64,000 nt of DNA from Alphaproteobacteria bacterium. Its GTDB lineage: Bacteria > Pseudomonadota > Alphaproteobacteria > MPNO01 > UBA830. Made by a program: the position numbers and the translations under genes. Where the stretch lies: NCBI GenBank assembly GCA_038106605.1, contig JAYOEF010000001.1:10559-74558 (forward strand). Direction: 5' to 3'. Under the pieces are notes generated by a model, which saw only the letters and a list, made by a program, of their open reading frames with translations, was not told the DNA's origin and did not search any database. Position 1 is the stretch's first letter. Every line of letters starts with the position of its first letter. Shown here piece after piece: positions 35,931 through 49,728 of this stretch.

Positions 35931-36962
35931 TCAGCTCGGCTTGCGGATCACTTCCTTGGCGCGGTCGACGATCGCCTTCGGCATGGAAAGCGCCTCGCGG
36001 AACGCGTCCTCGGTCTCCTTCCAGTCCATCGGGTCGATGATCAGCTTGTTGCGCACCGCGTCCTCCTTGAGCTCCTTGGAGGTCATCGTGTCCATGAACG
36101 CCTTGCGCAGCGCGGCGAGGCGGTCGGCCGGGACGCCCGGAGGCGCCGCGAACGGACGCGAGATCTCGGCGATGCCGAAGACGAACTTCATCACCTGGCG
36201 GTCCTCGGGGGTCTTCGCGAGGTCGTAGACCATCGGCGCCTTGCCGAACACCGGATGCGGCTTCGAGCCGATCTGGACGATCGGAACGAAGGTTCCGTTC
36301 TCCATGTTCGACTTCTGCGGGCCCATGGCGAGCGACGCCCAGAAGGCGCAGACCGCGTGCGTTTCGCCGCGTTCCATCGTCGTCCAGATCTCGCGAGTGC
36401 CCTTGTAGCCGAGAATGACCTTGGTCTTGAGGCCGAGGAGCTGCGCCAGCGCGTAGGGATGCTGGGCGGTCAGCGCGCTCGGGCCGGTGGCGCCGAAGAT
36501 GATCTCCCGGTCCTTCGCGTCGGTGATCGACTTGAAGCCCGACTTGCCCGACGCGATGCACGCGCCGTAGTCGCGCGTGGCGTTGCCGAGCCAGTTGAGC
36601 TTGAACGTATCCCACTTCGCGCCGGGATTGCCCATGGCGGGCTCGATCGCGTTCGACGACAGCATGGTCGTGATGTAGGTGCCGTCCTTGGGCGCCGCGT
36701 TGTAGATGTAGTTGGTCGACTTGAAGCCGCCGCCGCCCGGCATGTTCTGCACGACGACGGTGGGTTTGCCCGGAATATGATCGCCGAGATGGCGGCCGAC
36801 GAAGCGGGCGAAGGTGTCGACGCCGCCGCCGGCGCCGAAGCCGATGACGATGTTGACCTGCTTGCCCTTGTAGAAGTCGGCGACCGGGTCGGCCGCCGCG
36901 GGCGTCGCGGCCATCGCCGCCGCCAGCGCAGCGGCGAGCGCCGCTCCGAACGAATAACGCAT
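35931..36962 (-). CDS. Bug/TctC-family tripartite tricarboxylate transporter substrate-binding protein
   Basis: Signal peptide plus a Bug-family motif layout (…GGGVDTFARFV…, …NMPGGGGF…). Confidence 0.8.
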   Translation of the reverse strand: MRYSFGAALAAALAAAMAATPAAADPVADFYKGKQVNIVIGFGAGGGVDTFARFVGRHLGDHIPGKPTVVVQNMPGGGGFKSTNYIYNAAPKDGTYITTMLSSNAIEPAMGNPGAKWDTFKLNWLGNATRDYGACIASGKSGFKSITDAKDREIIFGATGPSALTAQHPYALAQLLGLKTKVILGYKGTREIWTTMERGETHAVCAFWASLAMGPQKSNMENGTFVPIVQIGSKPHPVFGKAPMVYDLAKTPEDRQVMKFVFGIAEISRPFAAPPGVPADRLAALRKAFMDTMTSKELKEDAVRNKLIIDPMDWKETEDAFREALSMPKAIVDRAKEVIRKPS

Positions 36963-37126
36963 GATTCTCTCCCTATAGTGACGCGGTTACGGCGTAACCG
37001 CCGTGCGCATGCGTATGGAGCCTAATGCGACCGGCGCTTTCCCGCAATGGACTGCACGGCCGATGCGCGAGATTTCCGGCGCGATTTCCGGCGGGATTTC
37101 CGGAGGAATTTCCGGCGGGGCCGCGT

Positions 37127-37972
37127 TCACCAGGCCTTGACCGCAAGGACGTCGCAGGGCGGATCGTCGAGGATGTCGGCGGCGACGCTGCCGAGGAAGG
37201 CCCGCGAGACGCCGGTCCGTCCGTGGGTGCCGATGGCGAGGACGTCGGGCTTTTCCGCCGCCGCCGCGCGCCGGATCTCCTCGCGCACGCTGCCGCGCAC
37301 CAGCAGGTGGCGCAGTTTCGCGGGCGGCCGCGCGAGCGAGGCGACGAACGCTTTCAGCTCGCCGTCCATCATTTCGCGGAACCGCTCCTCCTCGGCCGCC
37401 CGCATCTCGTCCCGGGACGCCGTGTCGGTGATCAGGCCCGCGAAGGGCACGTCGTACACGTGCAGCAGGATCGCCTCGCCGTCCGGCACCATCGCCAGCG
37501 CACACTCGACGGCGCGGCGCGAATGGACCGAGAAATCGACGCACACCATCGCGCGTTGGTACGGGCCTGCAGGGGGCTCGCTGACCACCAGCACGGGGCG
37601 GCGCCCAGCCCGCAGCACGCGCTCGACGGTGGTGCCGAGAAAGTGGCTGCCGAGCGATTCGTCGCGGTGGATGCCGGCGACGATGAGGTCGGCGTCAATC
37701 TCGTCCGCGGCCTCGAGGATGGTGCGGTAGCCGCGGCCGAGCGATACGACGCATTCGGGCGGCGCCGCGCCGGCCGGCACATGCGCCGCGACCTGGCCCA
37801 CGATCGCCTTCTCCGCACTCGCCGTGACGAACGAGGCCGCATCCTCCGGCAGGTCCTCGTCGACCACGTGGAGGACGCGGAGCCGCGCCTCCTACCCGGC
37901 GAGCCGGATCGCGCGGGCGAGCGCACGGTCGGAATGGGGCGTGAGATCGGTTGCGATGAGAATGTTCTTCAT
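37127..37972 (-). pseudogene. tandem-domain universal stress protein (UspA) with in-frame TAG at codon 27
   Basis: From the ATG at 37972 the frame reads MKNILIATDLTPHSDRALARAIRLAG*EARLRVLHVVDED…, with the amber codon at 37892-37894. The downstream 246-aa ORF holds two Usp domains. Confidence 0.65.
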
Positions 37973-37982
37973 CGGTCTGCAG

Positions 37983-38040
37983 TCCTTTCGAGATTCGGGG
38001 GTCAAAATTCGGGGGTCAAAATTCGGGGGTCAAAATTCGG
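37983..38040. repeat. tandem repeat 14 bp x 3.5 (aattcgggggtcaa) 10-70 bp upstream of the USP start codon
   Basis: attcgggggtcaaaattcgggggtcaaaattcgggggtcaaaattcgggcgg. Confidence 0.85.
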
Positions 38041-38208
38041 GCGGCGAAATCGGGGAGGCGGAGCCGGAAACGTCCCTCTTCGTTACACGACGGGACGCGG
38101 ACATGCCGTCGCCAGGGGGACGAAACGTCGCACCTCCGGCCCGGGGCACGGGGGAGAGGCGCCATGCCCCTCCCCGCCTTTCGCTTGCCCCTTCAATCGG
38201 CGCGGAGT

Positions 38209-40245
38209 TCAGTGCGCCCGCGCCTCGCCCTTCGTCGCGGCGCGCTGGGCGACGATCTCGTCGGCGACGCGTCCCGAGAGTTCCTGGAGGTGATCGAACT
38301 CCGCGGAATAGGTGCCGACGCCCTGGGTGAGCGACCTGAGCTCGATGATCAGGTCGTGGATTTCGGATTCGGGCATGTTGGCGAACACCGAATCCCAGCC
38401 GGTCCAGCCCGGCTTGCCCTCGAAGCCGAGAATGTGGCCGCGCCGGCCGCTGATCAGCCCGTGCACCTTGTTAGTGTATTCGGAGGGCACGTCGATCGTC
38501 ACCTTGACGATCGGCTCGAGCAGCACCGGGTTGCACTTCGGCAGCCCCTCGGACATGGCGACGCGGGCGGCGAGCTTGAACGACATCTCGTTGCTGTCGA
38601 CCGAGTGGAACTGGCCGTCGGTCAGCGTCACCGCGAAGTCGACCACGGGAAACCCAAGAGGCCCCTCGACCGCGAATTCCTTCACGCCGGCCTCGACCGC
38701 GGGGATGAACTGACGCGGCACGGCGCCGCCCACCACCTTGTCGGAGAACGTGAAGCCCGAGCCGCGGGGCAATGGCGCAATGTCGACATGGACGTCGCCG
38801 AACATGCCGTGCCCGCCGGTCTGGCGCTTGAAGCGGCCGTGCTGGGACACCGTTTTACGTATCGTTTCGCGATACGGCACGCTGGGCTTCGCGGACGACG
38901 TGGCGACGCCGTACTTGCCCGCGAGCTTCTCCATCGCGATCTGCAGGTGGATGTCGCCCTGGCCGTGCAGGACGAGTTCGTGCGTCTCGTCGTTCTGGCG
39001 CCAGACGAGGGCCGGATCCTCCTCGGCGAGCTTCTGCAGACCGGTCGAGAGCTTGACCTCGTCCGAGCGGTTGTCGGGCAGGATGGCGAGCGAATAGACC
39101 GGCACGAGCGCCTCGGGCCAGCGCGCCCCGTCCGGCGCGGCCGCATCGGCCGCCAGCACGTCGCCCGTCTTCGCCGCGTCCATGCGCGCGAGCCCGACGA
39201 CCTGGCCGAGGCCCGCCGACGGGATCTTCTCCGAGTGCCCGCCCTGGAGGCGCAGCAGCCCGCCCACACGGATGCCGCCGAGCGTCTGGCCCTCGGTCAC
39301 CTCGCCTGACCAGATGCGCGACAGCGAGACCTTGCCGCTGTGGGGCGCATGGTAGGTCTTGAACACCTGGGCAGTAGCATTCTGCGAGGCCGGATCGAAG
39401 CCCAGCGCGCGGGCCCGCGCCTCGGGCTGCGGCGCCTCGTGGCGCAGCGCCTTGAGCACGCGGCGGATGCCGAAATTATGCTCGGCGGAACCGAAATAGA
39501 CCGGCACGAGCTGGCCGCGGCGCATCGCCTCGGCGGCCTTGGCGTAGATCTCGCCCACGTCGGGAAGCTCTTCCTCGAGGAGCTTTTCGAGGATCGTGTC
39601 GTCGAAATCGGCGAGGGTCTCCAGCATCTCGCCGCGCGCGAGTTCGACCTCGTCGGCGATGTCTTTCGGGAAGTCGATCTCCTCCGACGTTTCGCGCTCG
39701 ACGTAGCGGAAGGCGCGGCGGCTGATCAGGTCGACATGGCCGATCACGGAGTCGCCCTCGACGATCGGATACTCGCGAAGCAGCAGCGGGTGCGCCGAGA
39801 CGTTCCTGAGCGACGCGACGATCTCCTCGATCGTCGCCATCAGCGTGTCCACCTTGTTGATGAACACCATGTGGGGAAGCTCGCGCGATTCGAGCGCCTT
39901 GAAGACCGGCAGCAGTGTCGTCGCCCGCTCGACGAGCGGCTCGACCACGATCACGCCGATGTCGGCGACGTTGAGCGCGCCGAGATATTCCTGCATCAGC
40001 TCGATCGAGCCGGGGCAGTCGAGGACCGACCAGGATTCGCCGAGATATTCCATGGAACCGTGCGAGATCTCGGTGGACATGCGGCGCGCCCGCGCCTCCG
40101 CCGCCGAATCTCCCACCGTGTTGCCGTCCTTGACCGACCCGCGGCGATGGATCGCGCCCGCCGAGTGCAGAAGGGCTTCCATCAGAGTTGTCTTGCCGCT
40201 GAGGTACGGACCGACCAGCGCCGCGCAGCGTGTGCCACCGCTCAT
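38209..40245 (-). CDS. elongation factor G-like GTPase (EF-G paralog)
   Basis: G1 box GPYLSGKTT plus EF-G domains II-V. RBS gggaggaaagct before the ATG. The track ORF extends spuriously to 40494. Confidence 0.85.
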   Translation of the reverse strand: MSGGTRCAALVGPYLSGKTTLMEALLHSAGAIHRRGSVKDGNTVGDSAAEARARRMSTEISHGSMEYLGESWSVLDCPGSIELMQEYLGALNVADIGVIVVEPLVERATTLLPVFKALESRELPHMVFINKVDTLMATIEEIVASLRNVSAHPLLLREYPIVEGDSVIGHVDLISRRAFRYVERETSEEIDFPKDIADEVELARGEMLETLADFDDTILEKLLEEELPDVGEIYAKAAEAMRRGQLVPVYFGSAEHNFGIRRVLKALRHEAPQPEARARALGFDPASQNATAQVFKTYHAPHSGKVSLSRIWSGEVTEGQTLGGIRVGGLLRLQGGHSEKIPSAGLGQVVGLARMDAAKTGDVLAADAAAPDGARWPEALVPVYSLAILPDNRSDEVKLSTGLQKLAEEDPALVWRQNDETHELVLHGQGDIHLQIAMEKLAGKYGVATSSAKPSVPYRETIRKTVSQHGRFKRQTGGHGMFGDVHVDIAPLPRGSGFTFSDKVVGGAVPRQFIPAVEAGVKEFAVEGPLGFPVVDFAVTLTDGQFHSVDSNEMSFKLAARVAMSEGLPKCNPVLLEPIVKVTIDVPSEYTNKVHGLISGRRGHILGFEGKPGWTGWDSVFANMPESEIHDLIIELRSLTQGVGTYSAEFDHLQELSGRVADEIVAQRAATKGEARAH

Positions 40246-40487
40246 AGCTTTCCTCCCGTGCCGCGACGGCCGCATCTCTTCCGGACGTTCTTGCGACGCC
40301 TCGGGAGGCCGTCTGGCCACAAATGCGTTGCAGGGACAACCATTGTTCCGCACGGCGGGAGCCATACGCAAGCGTATAGAGGCGCGGCGTTTGCAATCGG
40401 GACCGGTCCGGCGCATAACCCGACGACGCCGCAACGACACCGCAACGACTCTCGCGCCACACCAGAACCGGGGCCTTCCGCGGAACC

Positions 40488-41459
40488 GTGACACAGAGCA
40501 GTACCTGGCCGCCCGCCGGGCTGACGCCCGACCTAGAGAAGCGACTGGAAGAACGGCTGGGCCGCGTGCACGCGCGCCAGCGCCTCGGCATCGAGCGCGA
40601 ATTCGAGGCGCGCGCCTTCGGCCACGGGCTCAACTTCTTCCACATCGAGAACTGGTACTCGGTGCACAACCTGATCCGCACGACGATCCGGCTGAGCGGC
40701 CTCTACGGGCGCGGCCGGCGCAACGCGGGCAACATCCGGGTACGCGCCAACGAGATCGCGCTCGCCCGCCTGCCCGCCGCCTTCGACGGATTCACCATCC
40801 TCCATGTCAGCGACATGCACGCCGACATCAGCCCGGGCGCGATGGCCCGCCTCGCCGAGATCCTGCCGCTGCTCGACTACGACATCTGCGCGCTGACGGG
40901 CGATTTCCGCGGCCGCACGTCGGGGGCCTTCGCGCCCGCGCTCGATGCGCTGGCCCGGGTGCGCGCCCACATCGCGGCGCCGGTCTACGCGGTCCTCGGC
41001 AACCACGACACGGTGTGCATGGTGCCCGGCATGGAGGAGATGGGCATCCGCCTGCTGATGAACGAAGCCGTGACGCTGGAGCGCGACGGCACGCGACTTC
41101 ACATCGCGGGCATCGACGATGCGCATTATTTCCGCGTCGACAACATCGAGAAGGCAGCGTCGGGCTTTCCCCACGAGGAGGCGTCGATCCTGCTGTCGCA
41201 CACGCCCGAGATCTTCCGCCAGGCGGCGCACGCCGATTTCGACCTTATGCTCTCGGGGCACACCCACGGCGGCCAGATCTGCCTGCCGGGCGGCATTCCG
41301 GTGACGCTCGACGCCAGGCTGCCGCGGCGATACGGCCGCGGCGCGTGGCGTCATGGCGGGATGGCGGGCTACACCTCGGCCGGCGCGGGCACGACCATCG
41401 TGCCCGTGCGCCTCAACTGCCCGCCCGAGATCACGGTGCACACGCTGCGCCGGGGATAG
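40488..41459 (+). CDS. metallophosphoesterase (calcineurin-like, YkuE-type)
   Basis: Motifs GDMH…GDF…GNHD…GHTHGG. Confidence 0.8.
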   Translation: MTQSSTWPPAGLTPDLEKRLEERLGRVHARQRLGIEREFEARAFGHGLNFFHIENWYSVHNLIRTTIRLSGLYGRGRRNAGNIRVRANEIALARLPAAFDGFTILHVSDMHADISPGAMARLAEILPLLDYDICALTGDFRGRTSGAFAPALDALARVRAHIAAPVYAVLGNHDTVCMVPGMEEMGIRLLMNEAVTLERDGTRLHIAGIDDAHYFRVDNIEKAASGFPHEEASILLSHTPEIFRQAAHADFDLMLSGHTHGGQICLPGGIPVTLDARLPRRYGRGAWRHGGMAGYTSAGAGTTIVPVRLNCPPEITVHTLRRG

Positions 41460-41479
41460 GCGCGCCCCACCGTTAGCGT

Positions 41480-41548
41480 GTCATTCCCGCGAAAGCGGGA
41501 ATCCTGTTGCGGCGGTGGTGGGAGATCCCCGCTTTCGCGGGGATGACG
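41480..41548. repeat. paired hairpin repeat (A + B units)
   Basis: gtcattcccgcgaaagcgggaatcc, then 19 bp, then gatccccgctttcgcggggatgacg. Confidence 0.85.
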
Positions 41549-41590
41549 TGGGAAAAGGCGGGAACGCCTCTGCCTCTGCCCCTGCCCCCC

Positions 41591-42079
41591 TCAGTACGGC
41601 CGGCTGCGGATGCCGAGGCGGAAGAGCAGCGGCGACAGGATCATCTCGCCCAGCATGAACAAGATGGTTCCGATCACGATGTCGACGATCGAGAGGCCCA
41701 CCAGGAACGCGCACAGGAACAGCGGGATCAGCGATTCCGGGATCTGGTCGAGCCCGGTCGCCCGGCTGCTCGATGCCTTGCCCATGCGCCGCTTGACGAA
41801 GCTGGAGATCAGGTCGCCGGTCATGGCGCCGGCGCCGGCAACGACGCCGACCGCCGGCGGCAGCCCGACCAGGGGCGCCGCGACCGCGGCGGCGAACACC
41901 GCGGCGACGAGGCCGCGGAAGGTTTTCGACGGGCCGAACACCGGCCGCCCGTCGGTGAATTTCGCGCCGCCGTCGAGCGGCTTCGCGAAGCGGTCCCCGA
42001 AAATCTTCCGGGCGAGCACGGGCGCGCCGTTGGCGGCGGCGAGGACGATCAGGAGCTGGAGGACGATCCACGGGTGCAT
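41591..42079 (-). CDS. small integral membrane protein, CDP-archaeol synthase/DUF46-like
   Basis: 162 aa, 4-5 TM helices. The pattern …GAKFTDGRPVFGPSKTFRG…GDLISSFVKRR resembles the CarS/DUF46 family. Assignment is tentative. Confidence 0.5.
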   Translation of the reverse strand: MHPWIVLQLLIVLAAANGAPVLARKIFGDRFAKPLDGGAKFTDGRPVFGPSKTFRGLVAAVFAAAVAAPLVGLPPAVGVVAGAGAMTGDLISSFVKRRMGKASSSRATGLDQIPESLIPLFLCAFLVGLSIVDIVIGTILFMLGEMILSPLLFRLGIRSRPY

Positions 42080-42318
42080 GACGGGAGACTAGGCGGTCAG
42101 CGCAGGCCTGTCATCGGGACGGGAGCGGGGCGAAGGCCCTGCACGAATTAATGGTTTGTTAACCATAGGTGGTGACTGTATTCGCGATAAGCAACTTTAG
42201 CGCTCCAATTTCAGGCGGCTTCGTCCGGTCTCAAGCGGCTGCGGATCCGCCGAAAAGCGATACGGACAACGGCACCGGCACCGGCACCGAATCTACCCGA
42301 TAGCGAAAGGCGGCCCTT

Positions 42319-43593
42319 ATGGGCGACTCCTCGGAACGAAGCGGCACCGTAGAACGAAGCGGCACCATGCGGCGCCTGGAGAGTCTGCTCGCCGGAAAAT
42401 CGGCGCTCATCGCGACCGTTGCGGGCGTCTGCATCGTCGTTCTGCTCGGCTTCGGCATAGAGGCATCGAGCCGGTTCCGTGCGGTCAACGATGCGTGGGC
42501 CCGTTACAGCAGCAATTCATCGGAAATGCGACACGCCCTCGGCCAGCTGCAGACGAGCGTCGGCTATGGCGGCCTGATCCACAATTTCAAGAATTACATC
42601 CTGCGCCGCGACAAGGGTAATCTCGACAGGATTGCGGCAAACCACCGAGCGTTCAGAAAACAGGTTTTGGCACTCCGCGGTCACCTGAAGAGTCCGGAAG
42701 AACGCGAAGCGCTCGATACGATCGAGCGGACGATCGACGAATATATGGTGAAACAGGGCATTGCCGTCCGGAAAGCGGCGCGCCTGTCCGCCGAGCAGAT
42801 CGACGCGCTGGTGCGCGTCGACGACAGTCCCGCCTTCGCCGCGCTCGAACTCCTCGGCAAGCGGTTCGCCGTGCGGAAAGCCGAGCACGAAGCCCGAATG
42901 TCTCAGGCGCTCGACGACGCCGTGCACTTCCTCAACCTCGGCGCCGCCGTCATCGCGCTGATCGCCGTCGGCGCCGCGCTCCTGATCGTCAACCAGCGGC
43001 GCCTAACCCGCGCCCGCGACGAACTCGACGAGGCGCTCCGCGAGACCTCGCGGGCGAACAACGCCAAGAGCGATTTCCTGTCATCGATGAGCCACGAACT
43101 GCGCACGCCACTCAACGCCGTGATCGGGTTCGCCCAGCTCCTCGAAATAAGCAACAAGGACCCGCTTTCCGACACGCAGAAGACCTATGCGCGGCATATC
43201 CGAAAGAGCGGGGAGCATCTCCTCCTCCTCATTCAGGACGTGCTCGACCTCGCGAAGATCGAGGCCGGAACGACGCCGCTCTCGATCGAGGACGTCGACG
43301 TGACCGCGAGCGTGAACGGCTGCCTCTCGCTCGTGACCAACATGGCCGATGCGCGCGGCATCCGCATCTCGGTGCCCGGGACCAGCCCGAACCGCTATGC
43401 CGTCCGTGCCGACAACACCCGCCTCAAGCAGGTGATGCTGAACCTGATGACCAACGCCATCAAGTACGGCAGCGAGAACGGCGTCGTCACGGTCCAGCAG
43501 GAAATGATCGGTGCAGATACGGTCCGGATTTCCGTCACCGATACCGGCCTGCCGCCGGATCCGGCCGACGAAGCGCACCACGCAGCCGCCTGA
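42319..43593 (+). pseudogene. sensor histidine kinase, 3'-truncated inside the HATPase_c domain
   Basis: TM, sensor region and HisKA (SHELRTPLNAVIGF) are present. The N-box is LMTNAIKYG, but the protein ends at …VTDTGLPPDPADEAHHAAA* before the G1/G2 boxes. A terminator follows immediately. Confidence 0.6.
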
Positions 43594-43615
43594 GCTGACG
43601 GCGCGACGGCACAAA

Positions 43616-43650
43616 GAAAACGGGCCCCATTCGGGGCCCGTTTCGCTTTA
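43616..43650. terminator. bidirectional rho-independent terminator
   Basis: aaagaaaacgggccccattcggggcccgtttcgcttt. Confidence 0.75.
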
Positions 43651-43703
43651 TGACTCCGCCCCTTCCGGGGCGGGTTATCTTAATGGCCCTTCCGGGGCAG
43701 CCG

Positions 43704-46786
<3,083 letters not shown>

Positions 46787-46839
46787 CCGCGGGTCGCCAA
46801 AGCAATAAACGATTACAAGGGACCAGAAGGAGACATCCC

Positions 46840-48201
46840 ATGACCGACGACAAGAAGGGTACGAAGAAGGGTAGCCGGGGTCTGACCGAGAAGCCGACTT
46901 CCGCGATCGGCCGCCGCACGTTCGTGATCGGCGCCGGCGCGACGGCGACGCTCGCCGCCGCCTCGCACCTGCCGATGCCGGCCATCGCGCAGGGCAAGCC
47001 GGTGAAGATCGGCTATGTCAGCCCGAAGTCCGGCCCGCTCGCGCCGTTCGCCGAGGCCGACGACTTCATCATCGGCAATTTCCGCAAGATGGTCGGCAGC
47101 GGCCTCAGGATCGGCAACCGGACGGTCGCGATCGAGGTCATCGTCAAGGACTCGCAGTCGAACGCCAACCGCGCCGCCGACGTGGCCAAGGAGCTGATCG
47201 TCCAGGACAAGGTCGACCTGATGATGGTCGCCAACACGCCGGAGACCACGAACCCGGTGGCGACCCAGTGCGAGATCGAGGAGGTGCCCTGCATCTCCAC
47301 CAACTGCCCGTGGCAGCCGTGGTTCATCGGCCAGCAGGCGAACCCCGGCGATCCCAAGTCGTGGAAGCCGTTCGAGTGGGCCTACCACTATTTCTGGGGC
47401 CTCGAGGACGTCATCTCCGTCTTCACCAACATGTGGTCGCAGCTCGACACCAACAAGATCGTCGGCGCGGCCTATCCCAACGACGCCGACGGCAACGCCT
47501 GGGGCGACGCGCATGTCGGCTTCCCGCCGGTGCTGTCGAAGCAGGGCTTCAAGCTGGTCGATCCCGGCCGCTACCAGAACCTGAGTGACGACTTCACCGC
47601 CCAGATCACGGCGTTCAAGAAGGCGGGCGCCGACATCATGACGGGCGTCATGCTGCCGCCCGACTTCACCACCTTCTGGACCCAGGCGCGCCAGCAGGGC
47701 TACCGCCCGAAGGCGGCGAGCGTCGGCAAGGCGATCCTGTTCCCGGTGTCGGTCGAGGCGCTGGGGCCCGCGGGCCACAACCTGTCGTCCGAGGTGTGGT
47801 GGTCGCCGGCGCACCCCTACAAGTCGTCGCTGACCGGCCAGAGCGCCGGCCAGCTCGCCGCCGCCTACTCGCAGGCGACCGGCAAGCAGTGGACCCAGCC
47901 CATCGGCTTCATCCACAGCCTGTTCGAGATGGCGGTCGATGTGCTGAAGCGCACCGAGGACCTGCACGACGGCAAGGCGATCCGCGACGCCATCGCCAAG
48001 TCGAACCACAACACCATCGTCGGCAACGTGTCGTGGAACGGCAAGGGCCTGCCGCCCTTCGCCGCCAAGAACATCACCAAGACGCCGCTCGTCGGCGGCC
48101 AGTGGCGTCTCAAGGACGGCAACAAGTACGACCTCGTGATCACCGACAACCGCACCGCGCCGGAGATCCCGGTCACCAGCAAGATGGAAGCGATCTCCTG
48201 A
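46840..48201 (+). CDS. ABC transporter substrate-binding protein (branched-chain amino acid/amide LivK-like, Tat signal)
   Basis: RBS aaggaga. RRTFVIGAGATATLAAASHLPMPAIA Tat signal; type-I periplasmic binding fold. Confidence 0.85.
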   Translation: MTDDKKGTKKGSRGLTEKPTSAIGRRTFVIGAGATATLAAASHLPMPAIAQGKPVKIGYVSPKSGPLAPFAEADDFIIGNFRKMVGSGLRIGNRTVAIEVIVKDSQSNANRAADVAKELIVQDKVDLMMVANTPETTNPVATQCEIEEVPCISTNCPWQPWFIGQQANPGDPKSWKPFEWAYHYFWGLEDVISVFTNMWSQLDTNKIVGAAYPNDADGNAWGDAHVGFPPVLSKQGFKLVDPGRYQNLSDDFTAQITAFKKAGADIMTGVMLPPDFTTFWTQARQQGYRPKAASVGKAILFPVSVEALGPAGHNLSSEVWWSPAHPYKSSLTGQSAGQLAAAYSQATGKQWTQPIGFIHSLFEMAVDVLKRTEDLHDGKAIRDAIAKSNHNTIVGNVSWNGKGLPPFAAKNITKTPLVGGQWRLKDGNKYDLVITDNRTAPEIPVTSKMEAIS

Positions 48202-48286
48202 TCGATCCTTACGTGACGGCCGCCGGGACCTCCCGGCGGCCGGACACGATTGCATCTCCCGTGACCGCGCCGCGCCCTGGCCGCCC

Positions 48287-49003
48287 ATGATCCTCGCCAT
48301 CGAAAACCTCTCGAAGTCGTTCGGCTCGGTCGCCGTCGCCGACGGCATCGATCTGTCCGTCGAAGAGGGCGCGGCGGTCGGCATCATCGGGCCCAACGGC
48401 GCGGGCAAGTCGTCGCTGTTCAACCTGATCGCCGGCGACGTCGCCGCCGACACTGGCACCATCCGCCTCGACGGGGCGGACGTGACCGACCTTGCGCCCG
48501 AGGCGCGCTGCCGCGCCGGCATCGGGCGCTCCTACCAGGTGCCGAAGCCGTTCGAGACGCTCACCGTGTTCGAGAACCTGCTGGTCGGCGCGATGTACGG
48601 CCGCGGCATGACCGAGGCGGGCGCGGTGCCGCACTGCGCCGGCATCCTCGAAAGCACCGGCCTCGCCGACCGCGCCAACCGGCTCGCCGGATCGCTGACG
48701 CTGCTGGAGAGGAAGCGCCTCGAAATGGCACGCGCGCTGTCGACCCGCCCCCGCATCCTGCTGCTCGACGAGATCGCGGGCGGGCTCACCGACGAGGAAT
48801 GCGGCGTGCTGGTGAAGACGATCGCCGACGTCAACGCATCCGGCATCACCATCGTCTGGATCGAGCACATCGTGCACGCGCTCCTCGCCGCCATCGGCCG
48901 CCTCGTCGTGCTCGACGCCGGGCGCATCGTCGCCGACGGCGAGCCGCGCACGGTGATCGCGTCCCGCGAGGTGCAGGAGACCTACATGGGCCTCGCGGAC
49001 TGA
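48287..49003 (+). CDS. ABC transporter ATP-binding protein (LivG-like)
   Basis: Walker A GPNGAGKSS, signature LSGG-like, Walker B LLLDE. Confidence 0.9.
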   Translation: MILAIENLSKSFGSVAVADGIDLSVEEGAAVGIIGPNGAGKSSLFNLIAGDVAADTGTIRLDGADVTDLAPEARCRAGIGRSYQVPKPFETLTVFENLLVGAMYGRGMTEAGAVPHCAGILESTGLADRANRLAGSLTLLERKRLEMARALSTRPRILLLDEIAGGLTDEECGVLVKTIADVNASGITIVWIEHIVHALLAAIGRLVVLDAGRIVADGEPRTVIASREVQETYMGLAD

Positions 49004-49011
49004 ACGCCGAA

Positions 49012-49728
49012 ATGACGCTCCTCTCCACCCGCAGCCTCACGGCGCACTACGGCGACTTCCAGGCGCTCTACGGCATCGACACCGATCTTGCCGAGGGCGA
49101 GACGGTCGCGATCATCGGCGCGAACGGCGCGGGCAAGTCGACCTATCTCCACAGCATCGCGGGGCTGCTGCCCGGTGCGGGCGAGGCGGTGACGTTCGAC
49201 GGGCGCGCCATCGGCCGCATGTCCGCGCCCGAGATCGCCAGACTGGGGATCTCGCTGGTGCCGGAAGGGCGGCGTCTCTTCTCGTCGCTCTCCGTCGAGG
49301 AGAATCTCCTGATCGGCGCGGACGCGCGGAAGCGGGAGGGGTTCTGGAACCTCGCGCGCGTGCTCGAGCTCTTTCCCATGCTCGCCGAGCTCCGCCGCCG
49401 GCCCGCGCCCGCGCTCTCCGGCGGCCAGCAGCAGATGGTGGCGTTCGGCCGCGCGCTGATGGGCAATCCGCGCGTCCTGATGTGCGACGAGGTCTCGCTC
49501 GGCCTCGCGCCCGCCGTCGTCGAGGCGATCTATGCGGCGCTACCCGAGATCCGGCGTGCGGGCGCGTCCATCGTGCTCGTCGAGCAGGACGTGAGCCGCG
49601 CGCTCTCGGTCGCCGACCGGGTCTACTGCTTCATGGAGGGCCGGGTCACGCTGACCGGACGTCCCGCCGACCTCGACCGCGCGCAGATCGGCCGCGCCTA
49701 TTTCGGGGCGGGAGGGGTCCATGCTTAG
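49012..49728 (+). CDS. ABC transporter ATP-binding protein (LivF-like)
   Basis: Walker A GANGAGKST, LSGGQQQM, Walker B LMCDE. Internal start of track ORF 48799. Confidence 0.9.
   Translation: MTLLSTRSLTAHYGDFQALYGIDTDLAEGETVAIIGANGAGKSTYLHSIAGLLPGAGEAVTFDGRAIGRMSAPEIARLGISLVPEGRRLFSSLSVEENLLIGADARKREGFWNLARVLELFPMLAELRRRPAPALSGGQQQMVAFGRALMGNPRVLMCDEVSLGLAPAVVEAIYAALPEIRRAGASIVLVEQDVSRALSVADRVYCFMEGRVTLTGRPADLDRAQIGRAYFGAGGVHA

Noticed and set aside
33956-37894. Programmed amber suppression or pyrrolysine decoding for the two in-frame TAGs
   Set aside because: No pylTSBCD-like genes or suppressor tRNA are visible. Nonsense mutation or sequencing error is more parsimonious. This is reported as a finding to verify, not as a recoding claim.
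41353-41658. Small ORFs reading IPAFAGMT / RESGNP / RFRGNDG (e.g. 41353..41658, 52107..52562, 51726..51941)
   Set aside because: They are translations of the palindromic repeat units, not genes.
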